This document shows, one piece after another, positions 37,885 through 49,800 of a DNA stretch of 64,000 bases (position 1 is the stretch's first letter; each line of letters begins with the position of its first letter). Source of the DNA: Lama guanicoe (Eukaryota). The notes under the pieces are model-generated. The model did no database searches. It was given only the letters and a program-made list of their open reading frames with translations, and was not told where the DNA came from. Both the position numbers and the translations under genes were made by a program. Location of the stretch: positions 503,063 to 567,062 of the forward strand of contig MU053557.1 in the NCBI GenBank assembly GCA_013239625.1, given 5' to 3'.

Positions 37885-37995
37885 GAGCCTAGCCAATCAG
37901 AGCTCCCTCCCACAGCCAATCAGGGGTGCGTCCCTGGCCAGACTTCTGTTTCCTGTTAGAAGACCACTCCTGTGCTTCCTGCTTCCTTCCCATTT
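37885..37995. promoter_or_regulatory. Tandem NF-Y CCAAT boxes followed by an ETS-like TTCC cluster
   Basis: AGCCAATCAG twice (CCAAT at 37893 and 37916), then GTTTCCTG, CTTCCTG and CTTCCTT within about 70 bp. Confidence 0.45.
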
Positions 37996-39694
37996 CCAAG
38001 TACAGGTCTCCAATTTTCCATCAGTAGTTGTTTTTTCCCTGTTTCTCAAGCATACTTGGCCTTTGAACTTATCCTTCTCTTTATCTCAAGTTCTTGTTCC
38101 CCAAATCTTTGGGAGTGCTTTGTTTAAACGCAAAGCGTTCTCATTTTCCAGGCAATGATACAGGATTCGTCTAACAAGTTAAGTTATTGGAAGCATCAGA
38201 AGAATTTCAAAGGTGATGATATAGTGCCATTTAAAATATTAAATTATAACTTTGCATTTTCTAAAAACACGGAATATCGTATACCCAGTTCTCTATATGT
38301 TATTTTCCTGATTCAAACTCAATAATTCCTATTGTCTACATAAAGTATTATGTATTCAAGGCATAAATTATTTTTCTTGTCATATTTCATACTTTTTTTC
38401 CCGGTCAAGGTTTCATCTAACTGAACAACATGCATCTTCTAGGCTTTCCTGTCCCTTTGCTTCAGCTTAGCTGTTTGCTTCATCCCAATTATTTTTATCT
38501 TCCTTTTCTTTCCCTCTCTTTTCTACATATATATTTCTAGATTAAAAACCACTTTTCCTACAAACTTTCCATGGCCAGCCACTCAAACGTCTTTTTCTCG
38601 GAGTTCCCCATGCATTTCATGTGCATTACTCCTATAGGATGTAATACAAGGTAAGAAGTCTCATTTGTATGAATGTTGTATATCTCCTGCTAGACTATAA
38701 GCTCCTCACTAACGCAGCAGAGAACGGGCCTTTGTTGTTATATCACTGACATTTGAAATGTCTGACATTCAGATCTTTACTGAGTACCTCTTCTATGCAA
38801 GGCATATTCTAGAAGTTTCAGTTACAGAAGTAAAACCAGGAATGCTAGCTATTGTCATAACCCACATGTAAAATGAGGAGGGGCTGGGGTATATAATATC
38901 TCACATCTGAGGTTTTCTTAAAAAATGTAGAACTCCCAGTCCAGCAGCTGAAGGATACACATACAACAAGCTAACCAAGAGAAATACTGAGCAAAAATAA
39001 ATATTAAGAATGGAGGATTTTTAAAAAGAGAATGAATTTTCTAGAGGGGAATGAGGTCGGGGTAGACGTCACAGAGGAATCACCCTAGTTTTCATATAAC
39101 AATTCAGCATAAATTCGTGGAGGAGAAGCACATGCACGGGCACGCTTAACAAACTGTCTCATGTTGAGTTATGTGTTGGAGGCGAGGACACCACCTGCCC
39201 CCAAGGTTACCTTTGGATTCTGAAGTGCACTCCGTGGTTTATATACCTGATTGTTTCTAGCCTAGACTTCTCTGAAGTCAAGCTTAATATGTGAAGAATA
39301 GACCTCAGGAAGAAAGCAATTCTGGAGCTAAAAGCTACCATGGAAGATTCATCTAGTGCAATTGGCTACATTTAGCTATATACTGGGGGAAAAAAAAAGA
39401 ACATAGAAAATAAGGCTATAAGGAAGTCTCAGAAGATTGGTAGTAGAAAGTGGAACCATGAGGACGATGTCTTCAACTCCGTTCTCCATGAAGACCTCTA
39501 CTTGCCTTGTACTTGCAGGTCGTCAGGGTTTAAGAAGCATCGATACTTTTGAGAACTCAGCTGTCTACCAGGAAACCACTGGATCTGAGGAAGCAGCTCT
39601 TTAACCTGAAATGACAAAGTCATTTTTTTTTTCCTAACCAGAGGTGGATCTATTCCTACCAGGTGAGGCTACCATGTTTATTTCCAATTGATCA

Positions 39695-39713
39695 ATAGTG
39701 ACACCTGCTGGCT
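39695..39713 (-). promoter_or_regulatory. Candidate CTCF site
   Basis: Minus strand reads AGCCAGCAGGTGTCACTA. The core differs from CCASYAGRKGGCRS at one position. Confidence 0.4.
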
Positions 39714-41119
39714 CAGGAAGAGAGACACTTGAGTGTCTGAAATGACTGTAAGACTGAATTAACTGTGGAAAATTGTGGATAAAGCCATTAGCGCTAAACA
39801 CCACAATAAAGCAACTTCAAGATCAAGGTTATTATGATGTGGAAATTCTCAAGATAAGGACAAAAATGAATCAGCAGTGGGTTATAAACTTGGTGGTCAT
39901 GCAGAAACATGGCCCCAGGTTTGCATAACCCTTGAGGAGAAGGCCAAGCTGTCCTAATTTACCTGGCCTTCCTCGCCTCACGCACCTTCCAATCCTTGTG
40001 CCTTTAGTTTCACTTTGGTCCAACCCATCCTACCAAAGCAACTAGAATAATCTGTTACGTCAACTCATTCTCAAAAGCTTTGATTTACGAGGGCTAAGGG
40101 GGCTAGAAATTACTCATCCCAACACCCCCCACTTCCCACCCCAGTTGGTACCTGCTTTTGGTTAGTCATTTTGAGAAAAAAAAAAAACCCAATATCAAAG
40201 TAAAGCTAAGTTAAGTAAATTTGCATTTTTAGTGAGAACACCTTGGCAGAGAGTATAGTTAACCCAAAGTAATGTATCTTTAATTCCCTACTGAGTGTTG
40301 TGCCAAGGGGCAAGAAAGAGATGTTTAGGGTGGGGGGTGGGGCCCTCCCGAGGCACTTGAAATAAATACATACAAATAAAAGCAACAAAAATTCATTCTT
40401 AATACTTCTTAGGTACTCGCACATGTAGGACATAGTGATACATGTCTGACCTCTCCTCCCTTATAGAAGCATCACAAAAGTCTTAATAGGTGGGAGCCAT
40501 TCCACCTAGTTACTAGATGAGGATACAGATGTTTAGAAAATTCAAGTCACTTGTTTAGGATCATACAGCAAATACATGGCGAGTCTGCGATTCCAATCAA
40601 GGTCTCTCTGATTCCAAATTCACCCACTTAGCTAGTTACGCCCTGTCGCATGTTGCTTCGAAGTCTGGCCCAGACCATCAGCGACACCCAGCTGCTCAGA
40701 CTAAGGCAACAGAGGCACAGGCTCCGCAAGCCACAGCCCAAAGGGACGACTTTACAAAAGAGCCATGTAGACTGGGAAGCAGTGTGTACCGGCTAATTGC
40801 CATCCTAAGCAGGGGAATGTGGCGTGAAGTTGGGGCTTTTATGTAATTCTACAGGACACATGGAGTGAATCAAGCATGACAGGGGGGTGAGAAAAGATCG
40901 TCTCGGCAAACATAATGAACTCTTCTTTTTGTGGAAGCATGCCCACTGGGATGGAGAGTACCAGGCTGGGTTTAGCTCACAGAGCCACACCTGCCCCATT
41001 GCTTCACTTGCAATCAGTCAGTCTCAGTTACTGAGCATCTGGCATCAGCAGCATCGCATTAGGTCCTGCCTATGTCAAAAACCATAGTCCTTTTGTAAAA
41101 CAAAAAGCAAAAAAAAAAA

Positions 41120-41480
41120 AATTGAATAGGTAATACATTCACCCGCTTCAAATATCACAATGATGTGAAAAGGCATAATGCTGAGAACCTCACCCCTATA
41201 GCATCCTCACCCCCTCCACTTCTCCCCGCCCCTACAGCTAACGCTCTCATTACCAGCTTCTTGAACATCCTTCCAGGGCTTCTTTATGCAAGTATTAGCA
41301 AATACAAATGAATACTCTGATTTTCTCACTTGTATAGCATAAAAGCTACCATATATGGTTCTTCCGACTAATTTTTTCACTTGAACATATCCCACAGATC
41401 TCTCCCTATCTACCTGCCTACTATCTGTCCGTCTCTGGCTGTCTCTGTCAATCACCTATCTACTGCATAGTAATCCAAGT
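41120..41480 (-). mobile_element. Ancient L1ME 3' end
   Basis: cattaccagcttcttgaacatccttccagg...ttttttcacttgaacatatc...tactgcatagtaatcc. Confidence 0.75.
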
Positions 41481-42201
41481 CCTTTTTAACGTTCACTTAT
41501 CTGGGCAAAATATGGTGGGGGGAGAGACTATTGCCTCTTTCCTAGTGTTAGGAGTGATAATATAAACATGATAGGATTTCAGAGCATGAAGAGATCACAG
41601 CTGGGATGGGCATGGATAAGATGCCTTGGGGGTGGACAGGGGAGGGGACATCATTCCTTGAAGAAAGAGATAGCCAAGCTATCACACAGCTTCCTAATTC
41701 AAACACAGGTGAATTTCTTGCTAATGTCAATGAAAATACTCTTTAAATTTTCTCAGTTAGCTTCCTCCAGTCTGCATTTAGATTCAAGCCAAGATGCAAA
41801 CACTGTGTTAATTGGAGCATTTTCCTGCAGAAACTAATTATAGCCCCATGCTGTCAAAACAAGGCAAATTGTTAATGATACTTTACCTGACAAAACAGAA
41901 ATAAAACCATTTTGCGGTGGAGGAGGATGCTGGGCTGGTGTCACAAAAGCCTTTTTAATCACAATTATAAAAATGAAGAGGACTGCTGGAGAGAACCCAT
42001 CTGGGCCCAGCACGCTCAGCTGGTTCTCCGGCGGGAACGGAGATGGGAGGCGGGGCTGGGGCGGGAAGCATCTTCCCTCAGCCTGGGCTTCCACATTCCA
42101 GATGAGGTGCTGAGACAGATGACAGTTCCTGTAGCAGATCCCTCTCTGACTGTTTCTACAGATGTACATACAGCCATTCCATAAGCTGCGTGAGAGCATT
42201 G

Positions 42202-43915
42202 GTTCATTCAGTGAACATCTGTTCCCTGAGTGTCTGGCAGGCCAGGCACGGTTCTAGGTGCTGATTTCACAGCAGGTGATTAAACAGAACAAAAAAATGA
42301 AGCAGAGCAGAACACACAAAACAACACAACAACAAAAGCTCTGTCCTGTATAGTTTATATTCTATTATGTATAATATTATCTATAATAAGGAAGATAAGC
42401 AAAAATGTATCTGTATATGTCAGCTGGAAGTTTCATAGAAAAACAGAAAGTAGAGGAGTTGGATAAGAAGCATAGGGGTACAATTTAAAATAGGGTCGTT
42501 GGAATGGCACCCACAGAGAAGGCAGCATTTGAGCAAAGACCCAAAGGAGGTAAGGGATTAAATCTCGCAGGCTTCTGAAAAAAGAGAAAATATAGCAGAG
42601 GGGAAGCTGACGTTCATCCAGGAAGGTTAGTAAGGCCAAAGAGTTTGTGAGAATACTGAGATATGTTTGCACTACCTGGTACAGCCACCTCCCCAGGCAG
42701 TGGACCACTAAAGGAGGACTCACTACCAAGCAGAGGGCCTCCACGACTTGACTCTAGCCCTCTGGTCAGCCTTTATCCTGATCGGTCCATGCCTGAGCAT
42801 GGTGGTTAAATACCACACTCTTACCTCTGGACCAAAGGAACAGCAAGTGCAAATGACCTGAGGCCGTGTGCCTGGGTATTTGAAACAAGGAGTCAGGAAG
42901 CCAGGTGGGCTGGAACAGAGTGAATAAGAGAGAGGAGAATGAAGAGGGCATTGGAGAAAGTGGCATGTGCTGTAGAGGCTCAAAGGCTATTAGCAGAACT
43001 CTGGGCTTTGCCCTGAGATGAGAAGCCAGTTTTGAATCAAGGAGGGACATGGCCTTACTCATGCCTTGGAAAGGACCCTCTGGCTGCTGTGTTGACACTA
43101 TACTTAGGAAAAGCAGGTGGAAGAAGAGTCTAGTTAAGAAGCTATAGCATTTATCCAGTTCATAGCATGATCGTGGCTCTACCAGTTTCCTAGTGCTGCC
43201 TTAACAGATTACCATAAACTTGGTGGCATTAAACAAGAGGAATGTATTCTGAAGGCTGCAATTCTGAAATCAAGGTGTTGGCAGGACCATGCTCCTTCTG
43301 AAGCCTCCAGAGAAGAGTCCTTCTTTGCCTTTTCCAGCTTCTGGCGGATCCAGGCATTCTTTGGCTTGTGCCAGCATCACTCCTAACTCTGCCTCCATCG
43401 TCACATGGCTGTCTTCTCCCTCTAAGTCTCTCTGTATCCAAATATCCCTTTGCTTTCTCTTAGACATCAGTCAAGGGTTGAAGGCCCACCCTAATCCAGA
43501 ATAACCTCACCTTAACTTGATGACTCTGCAAAGAGATGTTATCAAAATAAGGTTGCATTCACAGGTACTGAGGGTTGGGACTTATATGTATCTTTTGGGG
43601 AGACACAACTCAGCCCACTCTAGTAGCTTAGACCACAGTAGCAGGAGTGGATGTGGAAATATGCATTTTGAGTCTCAATATATTTTGAAGACAGAGCTAA
43701 TAAGGCTCTCTGAAAGGTTGGATGCGGGACATGAGAGAAAAAGAGAAGTCAAATTGGATTCCAAAGTGTTTGTTCAAGGTACCCAGAAGGATGGAGTTGC
43801 TATCAAGTAGGATAGAGAGGAGGGAAAGGGGGCAGGTTTGGGGCAAGGATCAGTTTAGTTTCGACCATGTTGAGATGTCTATTAGGCATCAAAGTAGAAG
43901 ATGAACAAGCAGTTA
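42202..43915 (-). mobile_element. L2 (about 1 kb of element) split by an unidentified insert (about 42605-42834) and by MLT1C
   Basis: ttcattcagtgaacatc...ggcacggttctaggtgctg, ggaacagcaagtgcaaa and ctctggctgctgtgttga. L2 resumes at ttagaccacagtagcagg after the LTR. Confidence 0.85.
43178..43622 (-). mobile_element. MLT1C-type MaLR solo LTR
   Basis: agtttcctagtgctgccttaacagattaccataaacttggtggc...aaatcaaggtgttggcagg...ggggagacacaactcagccca. TSD GTGGC (43173-43177) vs GTAGC (43623-43627). Confidence 0.9.
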
Positions 43916-43944
43916 GAGTCTGCCTTCTAATTTATCTATATACA

Positions 43945-44077
43945 TTTATATTTTCAATGGTGGGGGGAGGTAATTAGGTTTATTTATTTATTTATTCTTA
44001 GAGGAGGTACTGGGGATTGAACCCAGAACCTCATGCATGCTAGACATGCGCTCTACCACTTGAGCTATATCCTCCCC
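43945..44077 (-). mobile_element. Vic-1-type tRNA-derived SINE
   Basis: Reverse complement reads ggggaggatatagctcaagtggtagagcgcatg...gggttcaatccccagtacctcc-(taaa)n-cctaattacctccccc. Degenerate TSD begins TCTAAT on both sides. Confidence 0.92.
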
Positions 44078-44961
44078 TCTAATATTTATATATTTTTATA
44101 ACCTACCCAGTGTGAGGCAAGGCAGATGTCTTAATGATGTATGTAAAAATGAGTGAAATCACAACTACAAATGGAAAAAAAAACATAGTTAAAACAAGTA
44201 TGATTTTTTTTTAATTTAGGATGAAAATGGTACTTCTTAAGAATAGAAACCAACATTTGTATACCCTTCCTGTTTGCCAATTGCTTTTCACATGCCTTAT
44301 TTTAACCATTCCTTAAGTAAGTGATCTATAAATGCCATAACTATATCTATCCTGCAGTGAGAAAACCAAGAGTGAGAGAGGGTAGAGCACTCAACCAAGC
44401 TCACCCAGAGAGGAAAAAGAATGGGACTTTAGCCCCAGGCTTCTGACCCCAAATACCAGGCTCCCTTCACTGCACAGAGTTCTCGGGGATGTACGTCCTG
44501 ATCAGGAGAGTGGTGGTTCCATTCCCACTGATGTTCAGAAATTCCTTACATCAGACTCAGCATAAGAAAATGACCTGGGCTGCAGCAAGTCGTCTTCACG
44601 TTACACTTTTTAAGCTGCCAATCTCTTTTAAGTTGAAATAGGTAACAGAGTTTGGAAATAACTTTCCTAAATAGACATGTTCCACATCTTTTCTGTAAAA
44701 AATGCCAGATATGCTGTGTTCCTACTCTGACATTCAGCGAAACGGTACTGATTGGAGCACTTAATCTACAGCACAGAAATGCCTCCCCGCTACCAACCTT
44801 GCTCCCAGCAAGAGGAGCCTTCCGGAAATCAAGAAATTTGCATTTTTAGTTCTACTTCTCTCACCAACTTTTTGTAAGGCTTTGAGTGAGCTGTGATTTC
44901 TCTGGGTTACAGATCTGACAAAAAATAAAGTAAGGAGTTGACACTTGATGGTCTCAAGACA

Positions 44962-45200
44962 GTACAGTGTGGTTGCACGCAGGCTCTGAAGTCAGAAGTG
45001 TGTCCAGATCCCCAGTGTCCCGCAGACTAGGTTTGTTAACCAGGGCAATCGCCGTCTATAAGCCTTCATTTCCTCACCACTGAAATGGAAATAATGCCCA
45101 TTTTGCAGCACTGTTGTATGGATTAAGTGAGATAAAGTGTAAAAAGCACTTAGCACAGTGCCTGACACAGAGGTCGATCCAGTTGGCCGCTACTATGACC
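44962..45200 (+). mobile_element. MIR SINE, near full length
   Basis: aggctctgaagtcaga...ttcatttcctcaccactgaaatggaaataat...ggattaagtgagataaagtgtaaaaagcacttagcacagtgcctgacaca. Confidence 0.88.
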
Positions 45201-47479
45201 ATTAGAATACTGTGCATCCTTGCCCTTCAGAAAATGCGTGGTGTTTCTAACACAGGCGACAGCCAGATACTGCAGCTGACAGGGTGTGAAACAAAACCCA
45301 CGATGCCTCATTGCTCTAAGTTACTGACTGACCCATGACCTGTACTTTTCCTGCTCTGTGTCTTGGTTTACAGGTCTTTAAAATGGGCCATAGACCACCT
45401 CCTGCTTCCTTTACAAATACACAGGGTGATTAAAAACTATGAGGTTATTCATCTGCCTTGTTGCCCTGATACCATTAATCACTCCTTGTCTTTTCATCGC
45501 TAGCTAGACGCTAGCCTCTCGAAAAAGCTTTTCTCTTTCAACGAAAAAGAAGGAAGTATGAGAGATCAGCTAAATGTCGAATGCAGCAAATTGTCTCATC
45601 GGAAAAACAGGCAAAGCTGTTTCCAGCAACAGAACTGAGTTACAACTAAGAACGGGCTTAAGGAGGCACAGGCTATTTGTGGTAACACATCAATGCAGAC
45701 ACCCCGGGTGACAACTCAGTTTCTCCTGTAATAAACAACGCTGTTGCCAAAAAAGGAAAAGGCATTTTCTTAACTGAGTGGGAAGCAAGAAGAGAACATC
45801 CCAGACAACAGACGCGTCGAGGCCGACCTTGGCCCCCTGATTCCGGCGTTCTGTCTGTCTGCCTACCTGTGAGCTGAGGACCCAGGGCTGTGGGCTCCCC
45901 GTGATGGAGGACTGCAGAGGGCTGTGGGCTCTCCTCCCCATTATTCAAGTAAATTAAGTGTAGTCTTTCGGCTCCTCTGACAGGTCCGCTCCTCAGAATC
46001 AGAAGAATGCTTTGTGCTTATTACTTTGCCTTGGAGTCGGTCTTTAACAAATGTTTGTTGGGTGAGGAAGTGGAAATAATCCTCTTCATCTGAGTTCTAT
46101 GCTTTATTTGATTCTCTCATAAAGCATCTCCTTGGTCGGCCTTGTATGGGAGCTGCTCACACATGGGCTGTTTCCTGTCCGCACCGGACAGGGCAGCAGA
46201 CAAGGCGTAGCTATCCTGTAATCCCAAATACCTTTCATGTAGTAGGAACACAAGACATATTTTTGCCATTGTGTTAGTTCAAATTGCTTTAAACCCCTTT
46301 GGTATGTCCCTAGGGGGAGCTGATGCCCAAGCTTTTCTTCTGTTGTCACAAGTGCATCCACAGAGTCTCTCTGTTGCAACCTTCTCATTGCTCACCCAGA
46401 GATTTTAGAGCACTCCTCTCTGCAAGGCAGGGCAACAGATATACTGAAGACCCAGGCATGGTTGCTGCCCTCAGGAAGCTCACTGCTTGGTGGGGGAAAG
46501 ATGGCACACATATCAACGGGAGACAGAGCAAAATGTAATGACGAGGCAGCAAAGAGGTAAAACGAAGAAGAGCTGGGGGAGACCACTAAGTCAAGGGGAG
46601 CTGTCGTGCAGAAAACTGTGTTTACATTGAGCGTTTTAAAGATAAACAGGTGAAGTTTTCACTTGTAAAATGTGTACAGCCAGCAGTCCCTGGGCAACTC
46701 ATCCTGACTGCTCACTTTACCGAAGAAGACAGAAGAAGATGCAAACCAGCCACATCGACGACTAATAGGGAAAGGACACCCATGGCTGGAATCGAGGATC
46801 GCTTTCCACTACACCTAAGGTCAACGGGGCTGGCTTAGGGAACTCAATTAAGAAGAACTGTATCTGTATTTCACCTCTTGAAACAGGCTTTTCAATTACA
46901 GAAAGATGGCAGAAGGAACTATCCTTCCTCCATGGCCAGCTCCCTGGTTCAAAGACCCGGAATCTCTACCAAAAGGAAAACTGGTCAGCCTTGAATGCAA
47001 GGCTACAGCCTTTGAAGGTTCTCTTTGTCCCACTTCTCTATATCCATTTATGAACAACTTTCACAAAATAACTGGCTGGAAAGGAGTGGTTGGAACTGTT
47101 AATTAATTAATTAATTTTACATTGTATCCTGGAATATGGTTCCTGTAAAGACAGAAAAACCCTAGGAACAATGCATGCTAGGAATTTTGGTTTTTCAAAT
47201 CCCTCATTAGTTTAGAACATCAAAGAACCAGACCGTGCATGTGGGGAAAAAAATCTTAGTTCCGTGCAATAGAGTCACACTAGATGCACGGCTATTTGAC
47301 ACTGGGAACTGAGCTGCAAGTTAGAAACGGCAACCAGAAGGACTTAGACGAGAATCTGATCAACACCCAGGGGCATGATGACAGGGACGAGGGAGACCCG
47401 CACAATCAGTCTATAGACAGTTGCTGGGTTCCAAAAGATCTTCCCTCGCCTGAGGATGAATAAAAAGAACCCAAAACAC

Positions 47480-48050
47480 ACAAAGGGTCTTATGGAAACG
47501 TACTGCAAACCAATGGAAAGAAAAAAACTCTTCAGACTTCTTATAATGAGTTTTACAGAACTCAGAAGAAAATTTTAGAATATCAGTTGACATCATTAAT
47601 AGGCTGTTGCAAGATATGATCTAAATGAAACAGGAGAAGGACATTATCAGGAGATTAAGCTGAGATGAAAACAGGATACAGTGTGAAGATAATGAGTCAA
47701 GATAAAAAGGGAGCTGGATACAGTTAGGAATTGCAAGGAGACGAGAACTGTAAAATTGTAATAAGACCATCAAAGTCCATATTGGAGGTAGTTCAATCAG
47801 GCTTGTCAGTTTAGACAATGGAATTAGTAACGTGGAGGACACCCTTGGAAGTGCTTTCTGAGGATACAGAAGAAAAATATAAAAAGATCAAAGGATGAAA
47901 GGAAGGTGGTGAGTAGGGAGAAGAAAGAACAGAGAGATACCCGAGAATTAGAGGAATTCACGAAGAACAAGCTAGAGTGACTGGAGCATACGCATCAGAG
48001 TAAGAAATGATGGGGGGTACAGGAAATTTTTCAGAGATGAGCAAAGAATG
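47480..48050 (+). mobile_element. Degenerate L1 ORF1 / HAL1-like fragment
   Basis: A-rich plus strand. Translated pieces NGISNVED and RIRGIHEEQARVTG...NFSEMSKE resemble the ORF1p motifs RISELED and RIIGVPEEE...ENFP. Confidence 0.7.
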
Positions 48051-48489
48051 GACTAGCATACTAGAAAATACTGGATAGTAGTCATAACAAAGATTTCTTG
48101 ACCATTTGTCTAAAGACTTTATTCATATTAATTTCATGAACTCACAGCTATATGAAATTATGGTCTGCACTTTACAGATAAGGCAACTGACTCACAGAGA
48201 AGTCTCTATCCTGCTGGAGGTCACAGAAGTATACTGCAAAGCCAGGACTCATTGCCTGCTGGTCCAGTACTGGAGCCAAGGCTTCTAACCACTGCCTTGT
48301 AACAATCAAGAGAAGTCTGTGCCTAAATAAATCTTGGCAAACATTGGTAGTTACCCAGGTAAAGAAAACAAAATTCAACAAAAATACACGTGTGAAAATA
48401 AATATAAACAAACAAAAGCAAGTCATCTACAAGGGGCAAAAATCAAGCTGCCCTAGTATTGTTGAGGTTGCAAGGAAAGAATTCCATTC

Positions 48490-49020
48490 ATACATAGCAA
48501 ATCAGTTTGATCTAGGAATTGCGTTTCTGTGAGTCCAACTTAAGGAAATAACTACATATACGTGTACAGATATATTTAAATACTATATATATTTAGACAT
48601 TATAAATATATATTTCCTATAATTATCTATGAATCTATTTTTATATATTATGTATATAAAATTTACGTAATAATGACGTTTATCACTGTTATTCATAATA
48701 GCAAAACTCCAGTGATGTGTCCTACAACTAAGAATTAAGTAAATTACTTTTGGCATGTACAATGAAATTATTACGTAGTCAACTTAAATTACATTTTGGA
48801 AGACTTTTAACAACATGGAGAAAGGTCCCTGATACAATGTTAGGGGGAAGAGCAAGAAACAGAAACTTGCATATTGTTCGATCCCAATTTTTATGATAAA
48901 AATACGTGTTATCTGTAGTTGGTGAGATTCCAGGTGAATTGTTGCTTTACTTCTAAATTTTTCTGCATTTTGTGAATTATATATAATAACAATGCATAGT
49001 TTCAGAGTCAGAAAAAAGAA
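48490..49020 (+). mobile_element. Ancient L1ME 3' end
   Basis: gttattcataatagcaaaa...tacaatgaaattattacgtag...aacatggagaaagg...tgcttttacttc-like UTR. Confidence 0.7.
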
Positions 49021-49339
49021 ACACTCTTTATAAATGACCAACAGCAAATACCATCCAAAGTAAGAAGGCCCATGACAGTAAACAAAGGACCACTGACCAA
49101 GAGAGCTTAGTTTTAGCACTGACTCCACCCTCATTAGCAAGAGGGATTTAGGTCCAGCCCTTGGCCTCTGTAGGATTTCCACGCCTGAGAAATGGTTTCC
49201 CCTTTTGGAAGAATGGGGACTACCATCTTTCTTTCTCATTATTACTCCTTTCCAAAGAATCAAATGAAAGTAACTTGGAAGTAATTTGTAATTTGTCAGC
49301 TTTTGAAGCACTATGTTTGGGAGCCATTTGTTATTATTT

Positions 49340-49800
49340 TGGGAATGGCAGCACATTTTGAAGTTCCTCTCTCTCTGAAAATAGCCCACCTTTTGAGTCT
49401 GCGTCTCTCCAAGACAGACGCTGGAAATTGACTTTCTCAATCTCTCTTACAGTTGGATCCCAGGCAAGTCAGATGCCCCCACCCAAGACCTGAGTTGGAA
49501 GTTAGAGACACAAATTAGCAGGCACAGAGAGGAATTCCTTTTGGTATGGCAGAGGAGGCCAGCATCCAGGAACAGCAGACGAGGAGTTTCTAGGTGGAGC
49601 CCAGGGGCGAAAATCGTTGCTGGGGATGTGCCTGACAGTTAGAGGAGAGAGTCCGCTGGGGCAGTCAGGGGTTTGCTTGAGACTTCTTTCCCCATCTGTG
49701 TAGTCTCCATGCCTGTGGGTTACCGAGCAGTCAAAATAAATAAATCGCTATTTAAACTGGTTAGGATGGATTCTGCCTTGGCCCCAGACAATCACCTGGA
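49340..49800 (+). mobile_element. Old ERVL-class LTR (subfamily uncertain)
   Basis: Ends aataaataaatcgctatttaaactggttaggatggattctg, typical of ERVL/MaLR LTR 3' ends. Confidence 0.55.

Noticed and set aside
46305..46322. CTCF-like TCCCTAGGGGGAGC (similar weak hits near 8823, 29742 and 59971)
   Set aside because: Two or more core mismatches, as expected by chance.
48784..49440. Longest ORF in the track (218 aa, minus strand)
   Set aside because: It spans antisense L1ME and LTR remnants, starts at TTG, and has no recognisable domain or exon structure.
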